Source: Octopus vulgaris
Taxonomy: Eukaryota
Assembly: GCA_951406725.2 (NCBI GenBank)
Contig: OX597815.1
Span: forward strand, 37,572,001 to 37,636,000
Direction: 5' to 3'
DNA: 64,000 nucleotides
The translations under genes and the position numbers were made by a program. The notes under the pieces were generated by a model that ran no database searches, was not told where the DNA came from, and saw only the letters and a program-made list of their open reading frames with translations. Position 1 is the first letter of the stretch. Each line of letters begins with the position of its first letter. Below, piece by piece: positions 53,337 to 64,000 of this stretch.

Positions 53337-54214
53337 TCGGCATGAAGACCAATAGCAATTGTAATAATACTACCAACAATAAAAGCAGCAATAGTAACTA
53401 TCAAAACATAGGTGAAATTAGTAACCACAGAATGACTAATAACATTAACATTAATAGTAATAATAACAATGCCGATATTAGTAGAAGTAATAATGTTAAT
53501 AATAAAAATAATAGAAATAGGGAAAATAGAGAAAATAAGGAGAATGAAAATATTAGTGATATCTATAACAACAATATGCAGTCGGATAAAAAGACTAGCA
53601 ATAATATTAACATTACCAATAATATAAGAAATCATGGTAGGACTTTAGATCTAAATAATGAAACAGAAGGATCAAGAAATAATAGCAATACTTTAGATAT
53701 CAGCACCAACTATAGAAATGATAATCAAAATAACAGGAACCTAAAACATCTACCCAAGAATAATCCAAAGCCTGAAGGTATTCCTCCTGTGTGTAAGTGT
53801 AGAATAAAATCAAAATGCCCGGCACCTGGTCTATGTGGAGAAAATAATGTAATCTATAAATGTACCATATCCACGGAGAATAACAAATATTATTACCTTG
53901 GATGTACAATAAATTTTTTAGCTAGAGTTAGAAATCACATCTCGACTTTTAAATTACGTCATAAAGCTGGTACCACCACACTTTCAAACAAAATCTGGGA
54001 ACTCAAAAATAATAATAAAAATTATAACCTTAATTGGGAAATAGTTAGGAGAGCAATTCCGTATAAAAATAGTAGGGTTGGTTGCCAACTATGCTCCATG
54101 GAGACATATGAAATTCTAAAGCATAGAAAACATAGAAACCTATTGAATAACCATATCGAACTAGGTCAAGTTTGTGTCCACGCTAAATTGAAGACTTTAA
54201 AATATTTTAAATGA
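51154..54214 (+). pseudogene. Disrupted copy of the PLE ORF
   Basis: A7 to A6 change at 52961. Tandem duplication 53030-53223 / 53224-53420. Two missense differences from the left copy (T>I, L>I). Confidence 0.88.
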
Positions 54215-55725
54215 TTAGAATATTCGTAACTAGATAGATAGATATAACCTGATTTCTACTGGTATAGCACTGCTTTAAGTAGATAACTAAGAGTTCTCAC
54301 ACTACAGTTATCTTTTTCCTATATCTACATCAGTTTTTTGAGAACAGGGAAATGAATAGCACTTATTCACCGCTTAATTGAGGCTTTATTTAATTTCAAA
54401 CTCACAATTTTTAAATTTTTTAAATTCTTAATTTTAAATCTTAATTGTAATTTTTAATTTTAGTTCCTAACTTAATCTAATTTAATTAGCATAACTCTAA
54501 TTAATTAAAATGAGTTACTATAGACCCATTGTTCTATTTCAAAATTAAATAAATGAGACTATTCCCTCGGTGATAATATGATTATCTTCATTATGATAGA
54601 CAATCCCCTAACACCTTTTGAATGATCTTCTAAGATTTGACCTGTAGTCCGTAAATGTATGAATAATAACGGCAACTCCTTAAGACAATAAAATGAATAA
54701 ATAAGTAAGTAAATTTTAATGACTTTTTGATAAGATTATACCTAGTTTTCCCTAATGTATTTTCTGGTGATTTTAGCATCTGACCCCGAAACCCCTAACT
54801 GTGTTATCTCTTTAGATTCTCTTTAAATTCATAGCTGATTTCAACAGCAATAAATTAGCTATTTTAACTGGTCAAAGAATAATATTCTCCTCTAATTCCT
54901 AGATGCCTGTAAACTAAAACCAGACTTGTCGTCTACTAATTCTTCTGTATAACTAGAACCCTTTTTATCTTTTTCTTTCTTCTTTCTTCTTTTTCTTTTT
55001 TTTTTCTTCTTTTTCTTTTTCTTTTTTCCCTTCCTTCCCTATTCCTTTTCTTTTTCTTTCTCTTTTCTCTTTTTTTTCTTCTTCTTATTCTCTTTTTCCT
55101 TTTCTCTTCTCTTTGAGTCCCCCTTTTTGCCCCCTCCTCTTTTATTTTCTTTCTTTTATTTTCTCTCTTTTCTTCTATGCCCCTCCCTTTTCTATTCTAT
55201 ACAGCTCTAGTAAGCCCTTCAGCCTTTAAAAGTTAAATAGCTACAGCCTCTTGTAAATAGCAGTAATGTGATTAATGTGGCAAATACCTAATCATATAGC
55301 AAGAATTGATACCTACCTCATTGTGTTCAACCATTGATAAATTTATCGCCTGTGAATATGAAATTCCTTGGAAATTTACACCTACACCATTGGAAATTGT
55401 GCATCTATACAAAGGATTAATTCACCCTCTCTGTAATGCTAATAAGCAGGAATTGAAACCCGCCTCGTTGTAATTAACAATGGATAAATTTGCCTTCTGT
55501 GAGTATGTAATCCCTCATCATATCTCTGGAAATTCATATGTGCACTATGGATTGGGTCACCTTCTCTGTGATGCTATTAAGACTTTTTAAAATTCTATGA
55601 TAAGACTGTACATCATCTTTAAAGAACTTTAATGAACTTTTGAAATCTGTTTATGTTACTTAATTATCTACATTACTTCATGAGTATAGCCTCAACCACT
55701 AGGATGTCTAGAGAACTCACATGTA

Positions 55726-55816
55726 TTTTAGCTGATGAGTACGGGACACGTTTATATGCTGTAATTTTTGCAACTTTTAATAAAACCTGTCCTTGTATGA
55801 AACGATTGTACTAAAA
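55726..55816 (+). ncRNA. PLE hammerhead ribozyme (long helix II)
   Basis: CTGATGA at 55732, GAAA at 55799, predicted cleavage after GUA at 55810. Confidence 0.85.
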
Positions 55817-56591
55817 ACCTATCCATTCTTGTTGCTTCATTCTCGCTTATAATCACCCCACATTACTGTATTGTTAAATCAGTATAGTTTTTTTTGGTGC
55901 ATCTAAGTTAGGTACCATATTCAAGTAAATTCATTTAAATTAACTTGAATCTTTATTGCTTTTTGTATATATATATATATATATATATATACATACACAT
56001 CAACTCATTACTTATTTCACACACCATTACACCCACATCACACATTATCCACACACTCACACACAACCTTCAATAGCGCCACTACACATACCACTATATG
56101 AGCAGCCACACACACTGTTTACCTCAGTAGACACACCACACACCATCATGGACAACCCACATGCACAAAAGCACGTAATACCTGAACACTAACAATATAT
56201 ACATACACACGCAACACGCATAGACAAAGATAACTTTCACCCATAAAAATACACTATACTCATGCACACTATTTGATCACAGACATAAACACACATACGC
56301 ACGTGCACACACCACCTGAACAAGCACACATCAACTGCTACACATCAACACAAACACACATTAGCCTCACACATATACACACGTGCATACGCACACTCAC
56401 ATGTTCACATGCATACACAGGTCCATACATACACACTGCTCCCGGACAAACGTATTCAATCGCCCCATTCACACATAAACACCATTTTCACATACATACA
56501 CACACGCTTGCGTACCTTAGTTAATTGGGGGTCACCGTTATTGTTATTATTATTATTGTTATTATTATTATTATTATTTTTTTTTTTTTTC

Positions 56592-56823
56592 AGTAGTTTC
56601 ATTTTTATAGTGTGCTTTCACTTCACTACCGAGCGCAGCTCTGTGTGCCTTGGGTATGTGCTGTGATTTGTTGTGATGCTCTGATGGTTATTGTATGGAA
56701 AGTGTTCTGCGTAGGATGTGTGCAGTGCCTAGTAGTGCAATTTTCTGTATGTTATATGTGTTTGTAAGTCTGGTGATTTTGTTATGTATTTGTCTGAATA
56801 TTTTTTTATCATGCCCAATGCAC
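56592..56823 (-). mobile_element. 3' end of an R4/Dong-like element within (TAA)n
   Basis: Minus strand ALGMIKK..NIQKIALLGTAHILRRTLSIQ*. TTA repeats on both sides. Confidence 0.75.
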
Positions 56824-56900
<77 letters not shown>

Positions 56901-57004
56901 GTTGTTGTCTCCTTTTCATGTAGCCTCTTTTTTCATTCATCTCGCCATGTTGTAGCTTTGAACTCTGCACATCTTTTTCTCTCTCTATTTTTTACCTCTT
57001 AATC

Positions 57005-57041
57005 CTTTCTGTCGATGAGCGTAGGCTCGAAACATTACAGA
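57005..57041 (+). ncRNA. Hammerhead-like motif, A6U variant (decayed)
   Basis: cttt-CTGTCGA-t-gagc gtag gctc-GAAA-catt-acaga. Confidence 0.45.
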
Positions 57042-57148
57042 CTTTTCTATTTTCCCCGAGCGTTAAACTAATACATCTGCTTGTTGTACCTGCACATATC
57101 TTCGTCTTTTGTTTTACGTAACTTTGAACTATATATATATATATACAT

Positions 57149-58290
57149 ACAGGATGTGTAAGATATTTGAGGACAGATTTATGTTTATAAAAGAAAAAAC
57201 AGATATATAATATCAGATAATAACTTTATCAAAAAGTGCTATGAAGATAAAAATAAACCTTCTCTTCAATAATGTTATTCGATAAAGCTACCTTCAGCTT
57301 CAACAACTGCTTCTATATGATATCTAAATCATCTACATGCTCGAATCAAGTGGTCCGGGTTCATTTTGGACATTACTTTGACTATGGCAGCTTTCAAAGA
57401 ATCTTTGGTGTTATGGGCGTGTTCATTGCTCTCTCTCTCAACAACGCTCCACCTGTAATAATCCAATGGATTGAGATACGGGGAGATAAGAGGTTAAATA
57501 TTAGGCATTATATGAGCATGAAAAATTTCAGGCCTACATCCCTGTGTTATTAGAGCCATGTGTGATAGTGTAGAGTTTTATTGAAACACATCTGGCTTTC
57601 ATTGCATACACTGTCTACCCAGGGGTAACAATTACGAGTATTTCTAGGACCTCAATGTAAGCGGCAGAGTTAACTCTAAAGCCTTGCTGAAAGAAGTAAG
57701 GAGCATTACATGTCCTTCATTTCTAACAACTCCTAAAACCATGTCAGTTGCAGGAAATTTGTATGCATAACATTTGGAACTTCAGAAAGGTCTGCACTTA
57801 ACCATCTGTCATTTCTTCTGTTAACTTTTGATCTTCTGCTGGATTTGTTTTAGAACCTTTTAGATCTGAGGTAGTGATTTTCTTTTGCTGTTCTGACAAA
57901 TTGACCTTTCCACATTATATAAGACTTATATCCGATGTCTTCTTGGACAACAATTCTGACTGTTCCTTCTGACACATGGAGATATTTTGCAAATGACGCC
58001 ATGGACTTCTGGGATTGTAATCAATTGTTTGTTGGATTTGTTGGATAAATTCAGGTATTCTGATGTTTTGGAGTGTTTAGAATGCTCTTTATGCTTTGAT
58101 AATAATGATACGTTTCCGTCTTCAGTCTCTAGCTCCTTACAAACTTTGTAGGCGAAAGAGCTGGCAACTTTAAAAAATCGAGCTATTTTTAAATCGTTAT
58201 GCTCAGCCTTTATAACCACAATAACATCTGCAAAATCATGGAGACCATTGTCAAGAAATCTCTCATGAACCATCTCCTTACTTCAAATGC
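57149..58290 (-). pseudogene. Degenerate Tc1/mariner-superfamily element (maT/DD37D-like)
   Basis: KAEHNDLKIARFFKVASSF, TKFPATDMVLGVV..EGHVM and SPDLNPLDY-like remnants. Terminus TACAGGATGTG. Confidence 0.7.
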
Positions 58291-58329
58291 TATATCCGAC
58301 TAGCACCATGGATTTCTACTCCCAAGATC

Positions 58330-59555
58330 TTGCCTAACAAATCTTCTCCTTCTTGAAGTGTGGAATACAAGGACCATAGATGAAAAAGATTCGGTGGACG
58401 TGGTATTTTTGGACTTGGCAAAGGCGTTTAACTCCGTTACTCACCGACTTCTCTTGCACACACTGCAGGCATACAAGATTCACCCATTGATGACTTCATG
58501 GATTTCTTTTTTCCTGAGCCATCGAACCTTTCGGATGCAGATAAATGAAATCACTCTGTGGAGACGAATGCCTGCAGCGGCGTTCCCCAGGGGTCGGTGA
58601 TGGGGCCAATACTTTTACTTCTCTGTATCAACGACCTGTCAGATTTTCTTGATGGAAGTGTCATCCTATTTGCAGACGATGTCAAACTTGCCTCACCTAG
58701 GAATCAATAAAACATACTCCAATCGTCGTTGAAATGAGCTTGGAACTGGGCAGAAGAATGGGATCTGCCATTGAACGCCTCAAAATGCAACCATTTGCCA
58801 ATAATTTTACCTCCAAATTCTCCCTTGAATATTGGCCTCAAACACCAACATCTTAAAATGGTCACTGAAGAAAAGTATCTCGGCATAATGATCGATACTA
58901 CTTTCAAACCAACGCGGCAGTGTATCGAGGCGGCGAACAAAGCCAGAAGAAATCTATTCCTCATCCGCCGGTCCTTTGTCAACATTTCAATGGACGTCTT
59001 TCGGCCTTTATACGTCACTATATTTCGATCCATCCTAGAATATTGCATCCAGGTCTCAAACTCATATCTCCAGAAAGACATACAGCAATTGGAACGGGTT
59101 CAGCACTTAGCTACTCGGATGGTCGCAAGTTTGTATAAGCTTACGTATGAAGAATGTCTCCAACGGCTGGTATTACCTTCACTCGAACGACGGGGGAATC
59201 GGGGAGATCTCATCCTGGCTTTCAACATCTTCAACAGGAATGTAAAGCTACCATTTGCGGGGTTTTTCACCCCTGCGCAGGATAGGGGTCTTCATGGGTA
59301 TGATCGCAAACTCTATCCCGGCCACTTTCGACTCAACAGGCGAAAAGCCGCATTCTCCGTCCGTATCACAGCCCCATGGAACAAGCTACCTCAAGATGTC
59401 ATTCAACTGCCCACCACTCCCTTGTTCAAAGAAGCTCTAGACAACTCTGGCAACTATGTATAAAACTGTATATAACAATAACTGTTTAGTATTATCATTT
59501 TTTACATGGCCTAAGCACATTGTGGTCTTCTGTCAACAAATTTAATTTGATTTGA
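58330..59555 (+). pseudogene. 5'-truncated CR1/L2-group LINE
   Basis: [29 protein letters not shown] and RGDLIL. Tail (ATTTG/ATTTA)n. Confidence 0.88.
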
Positions 59556-59661
59556 TGCCTCTTCATTTCTTGAGTAAGCTTAGGGTCTGCCATTATTATT
59601 TTCTGAAACAAAGATTATACAGATTTAGGAAAAATGCAGCAGTGCCCTCTAATACCTTACA

Positions 59662-59716
<55 letters not shown>

Positions 59717-60032
59717 CATACATACATACATACATATTTATATATGTGTATATACATGTGTGTATATATATGCCTCACCACATCATGCCACACCGCACCA
59801 CACACCACCACACCATCATCCACACGGCAAGGTCACCTGTCCCAATCTACACACACACTTACACACTCTCACATACATACGCACGCGCACCTTCGATTTA
59901 GGATACCACTACTTTATTATTTACCCTTCTTCCTACCTCTCTTGTCTGACTACCTCCGTCCAGCCAGCTGCCATGATCGACTGCTAGCCACTAAAGCTTT
60001 TTTTAAAATTCTCTCTGTTTATTTTCTCGTAT

Positions 60033-60071
60033 TCTTTTCTGTTGAACAGCGTAGGCTCGAAACGTAAAAGA
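60033..60071 (+). ncRNA. Hammerhead-like motif, A6U variant
   Basis: tctttt-CTGTTGA-a-cagc gtag gctc-GAAA-cg-TA-aaaga. Confidence 0.55.
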
Positions 60072-61386
60072 CTTTCTCACCTGACCGAGCGTTAAACTAA
60101 TACACCTATCTGTTGCATTATACACACACAGGGAAATAGTAGATGAATTTACAGAAACAGCGGCCACATTGACCTCAGTTGATATCATAGACTCTATGGT
60201 ATAGAGTATTAAAGAAAGCCAACAAAGGATATTGCTTGCATAATGCAGTTTTGGGTAAAATGTATCTGGGTAAGTCTAACAATTAGGAATTTCACCTCTT
60301 TGTGCTTACATACATGTGTGTGTGCGTGTGTGTGTGTGAAGGCTTATATTTGTGTTCAATAATTTTATGAAGGTATATATCTTTACTACTATACATACCT
60401 CCACACCCACAAATATTAACATTACATATATTAATTTATCCTGGCTGGAAAGGTAGACGGTCAAAGAAGAGTCATGCTCGAAAATTCGTTTGACTGTTCT
60501 TTTTGTAACTAATGTGAGAAAGTTTATTGCCTAATGTTCAAGATGTTCGCTGTGGAAATTATATTTAATTCTCTGTAATGCAGAATTTGCATTTGCTACC
60601 TCACTCTTTATATTTGCTGATCTTGGTCATGGTACTCCAGATTACTTGGGGTTCTCTGCACTCCTATATTTTATGTCCCATGTAATTTAGATAAAGTTGC
60701 TGCGTATCCTTATCCTATTATCTAAATGAAATCAAATGCTGCGTATAAATTTTCTTGAACGCTTTTGCAATCAATTTTCTGTGTAAGTATTTATGGTTGT
60801 TTCTATATCAATTCTTCTTCCAGATACTTGATATTCAGAGGACAGTTATCGAGGAATCAACATTTAGTAGGTCTATGTAGGTTGTTACTAAAACTATTGT
60901 TCATTTTACGGATTAAGATCATCGAGCTTATATTGGGAAGGTAACTATAGCTAATTTAATTGCTTATAGCTTTTAGAAAATTTATGAACGTGGAGAGTAC
61001 ATATCTATAGACTTCACGGATCATATAGCTATGTTTGTAAAGAGGAGCAATAGTATTTAATCATAGAGAATGTATATGCTGGTGATAACATGGTATCTGA
61101 AAGAGAGAAGCAAGTTGATTTGAAGTGGGAAATACAAAGACTGTGATCACCGATGAAAGTGAGTGGTAAACCTGTTGTTGTTGAGAACTATACGTATCAA
61201 GGTCATAAACTGAATAAAAAGATAGGAGTAGATGTGAAGAGAAAACATCTCCAGTGAAGAGTGTGGCTTTGAATTGCAGAAATACTACATATTGTTCTCG
61301 AAATTTGAATGAAGTGTATAAATTTGGACAGCTGACACATTCTCTAGGGAAGATACTAATTAAAATACCACCACCACTACCACCAC

Positions 61387-61419
61387 TAATAATAATAATA
61401 GTAATAATAATAATAATAA

Positions 61420-61450
<31 letters not shown>

Positions 61451-61533
61451 AAAGAAAGAAGAAGAAAAAGAAGAAGAAGAAGAAGAAGAAAGAAAGAAGA
61501 AGAAAAAGAAGAAGAAGAAGAAGAAGAAGAATG

Positions 61534-61591
<58 letters not shown>

Positions 61592-61786
61592 TAATAATAA
61601 TAAGAAGAAGAAGAAAGAAAGAAGAAGAAGAAGAAAGAAAGAAAAAGGAAGAAGAAAGAAAGAAGAAGAAGAAGAAGAAGAAGAAAGAAAGAAAGAAAGA
61701 AGAAGAAGAAGAAGAAGAAGAAGAAGAAGAAGAAGAAGAAGAAGAAGAAGAAGAAGAAGAATGATAATAATGATAATAATAATATA
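61387..61786. repeat. Compound (AAT)n/(AAG)n microsatellite
   Basis: Direct reading. Confidence 0.96.
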
Positions 61787-61789
61787 ATC

Positions 61790-62030
61790 TCTGAAAACAT
61801 TTGAGAAATTGAGTAAATATAAGAGTTTGGAGATTGAAATCAGAGGAACGCGGAATCTCAAAGTAACAACATTACCTGTTGTTATTCAGAGACTTTAAAT
61901 AATGTAAAAGGTAGCAAAGAAATATGTATACCAAATTCCAGGTAGTTCGAAAATAAGTGAATTGCAAATGATCATACTTACTGGTTCCGTTATTTTACGT
62001 AAATTCCTTTCCATACAAATGAAATCTTAC
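61790..62030 (+). pseudogene. R4/Dong-like RLE domain remnant
   Basis: LKTFEKLSKYKSLEIEI...LPVVI...QIPG..ISELQMIILTGSVILRKFLSIQ, immediately after AAT repeats. Confidence 0.7.
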
Positions 62031-64000
62031 TCATTCTGTGTATTTTTTCAGAAAGAGTTTTCTGAATTGGATAGTATTTACGTTTACTTACCTTTAGATA
62101 AAAAAAATCCTGAAATTCCAATGCAACCATTTTTTCTCACACGGAATTTCTAATATACTGTCCACACTGCACACTGCTCATTTATCACACCAGGAACAAT
62201 CATTTTGATTTGTCGACCAATTTTTTGGGGCATGTTTATGTTTATGACAGTTTGAACTTACCAATGCCACTGGAACTAATAGTACAAATAACAGAGCTGT
62301 ACTCACCCTCTCCTCTCTCTTTCCCTGCCTCTCGCCCTCACTGTGACCAGAGAACATGACCGTGGGCTGTTTTTCTCTTTGAAACGCAGCTGTATATTTA
62401 TATATTAGCTGTTTGAATCTTCGTCTTAGTTTTCTTCATATTTGTGCAATCTCCCCATCTTGTAGTGTTTCTGAACGCAGTCGGATAGGTACATAGGTAA
62501 TATGAACAGACAAGCACACATACACACACACACACGCAAATGAAGAGAGAAACACATGACCATATACACATACACTTCACTTCACACAAGGACACATATA
62601 GAGACACACATCCACACATATAGAGACACATCCATACATACAAACACACACACATGCAAGCACACACCCACATTAAAGCACACAAACAGGAATACACAAA
62701 CACATGAATATGCAGAATACATGCATACAAGCGTACACACATACATACATATATACATACGCGTGCACACACACACATACATACATGCATACACACACTT
62801 ACATGCATGCATACATACATACATACATACCTACATGTGTATGCGCGCGCACACTGACCCACACACATGCGCACAAACAAACAAAAAGAATGCTGCTCGG
62901 ATAACAGACAGAGTCAACAACTATTGAAGAGGTTGCAAAACGCAACGAAAGTTTTAGAAAAATAAATATGCAAATGAAGCTATTTCGAAGCTATGAGTTT
63001 CATGTAATAGAAGTGAAGGAGCTGTTCTCTGTTATCACCAGTCTGTAACCAAAGTTCAGTATCAAGTACAGGGAGTCTATTGTTGGGGAGCATATTGGGG
63101 TAATCTATAGTTACCTTGATACTTTGTGGATGGAGTTAGCTACTTGCTGGTTGCCCTACGTTATGTTCTTCCCAATTTCTACATTATTGTTACTATAGTT
63201 GGTCTTCAACAACTACAGAAAAGGTTACAAGACGCAACGAAAACTATAGAAAAATAAATAAGTAAATTAGTGAAAATTTTACCGGTGAATGTGTTAAGTT
63301 ATAAAGCACTAAAAGAGAATGACTCTCCCCAGACGCAACAGAATATGCTTCAACACAAGAACTCACATAAAGAATCTTGCAAACCAAATGTTGCAAACCA
63401 AATTCAAAAACGAAATAATTTTTATTTATTTCAATGAATTTTCGCAAACGTGTGGTTCCATCTGGCTAGTGCTATTAATACAAGGGAGACAACCATCACC
63501 TCACAGTATGAGATACCAATTAGAAATTTGTATTTGTAGTTAAGAAATATGAGGAAGAATATTTATATAGATCACGTATTTAATTATTTCTTATCTATTA
63601 TGAAGTTGTTGCAATTTCTCTTTGGTGTTAATTGTTTTCATCATTTTGTATAAGCGATGAGAAATTTAGCAAAAATAGTAACATTAAAATTAATGTACGT
63701 CTGCTATATTTCTTGATATTGCCCATGGTGGCAGAAGTATATTTCCAAATTTACCTGTCATAAGACGAGTAAACCGTATGTGGGGAAGATAATTATAGTA
63801 AAAAATGCTATGTAACTCTCCGAACAAGAGGTGATATTTGAAAAAAAAAGTGAAACAAATAATGCTGGAATATCTAACAAGCTCTTGCAACTACACTACC
63901 TCTTTTATTTCTTTCCTCTTGCAGAAATAAAAAAAAAAGTTGGCGATAAATGAATCACATAGCTAAATATCTGGGCCAAACTATTTCCAAATTGGCTTAA

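Larger units (their letters stand above)
50174..55965 (+). mobile_element. Full-length Penelope-like element, right copy, with 926-bp pseudo-LTRs
   Basis: 50174-51099 repeats 55040-55965. Near-identical inverse of the left copy. Confidence 0.94.

Noticed and set aside
60456-60498. Hammerhead-like gaagagtcatgctcgaaa inside an acggtcaaa/tttgactgt stem
   Set aside because: It lacks C3-U4 and a proper helix II or III, so it is at best a decayed relic.

Overview
AT-rich, microsatellite-dense eukaryotic DNA with no host gene that I can support. The SINE families and repeat landscape resemble an octopus/coleoid cephalopod genome (inference). The window is almost entirely transposon-derived. It holds a near-intact CR1/L2-group LINE (2.7-6.5 kb) and three 3' LINE fragments, a head-to-head inverted pair of full-length Penelope-like elements (PLEs; RT + GIY-YIG with long Asn-rich inserts; 45.2-56.0 kb), a second PLE remnant, four mariner copies or remnants, a maT-like element, a MITE with an 8-bp TSD, three R4/Dong-like ends beside (TAA)n, many tRNA-derived SINEs and a ~316-bp tandem array. 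The most striking unannotated signal is about 13 hammerhead ribozyme (HHR) motifs from several unrelated sequence contexts. These include forms with a very long helix II, a recurrent U10.1-U11.1 mismatch and a recurrent A6U core variant, suggesting a PLE-driven set of ribozyme-bearing non-autonomous elements. A CATGGCC-hairpin-AAACA 3' motif is shared, with different stem sequences, between LINE and SINE families. All folds and alignments were done by eye.
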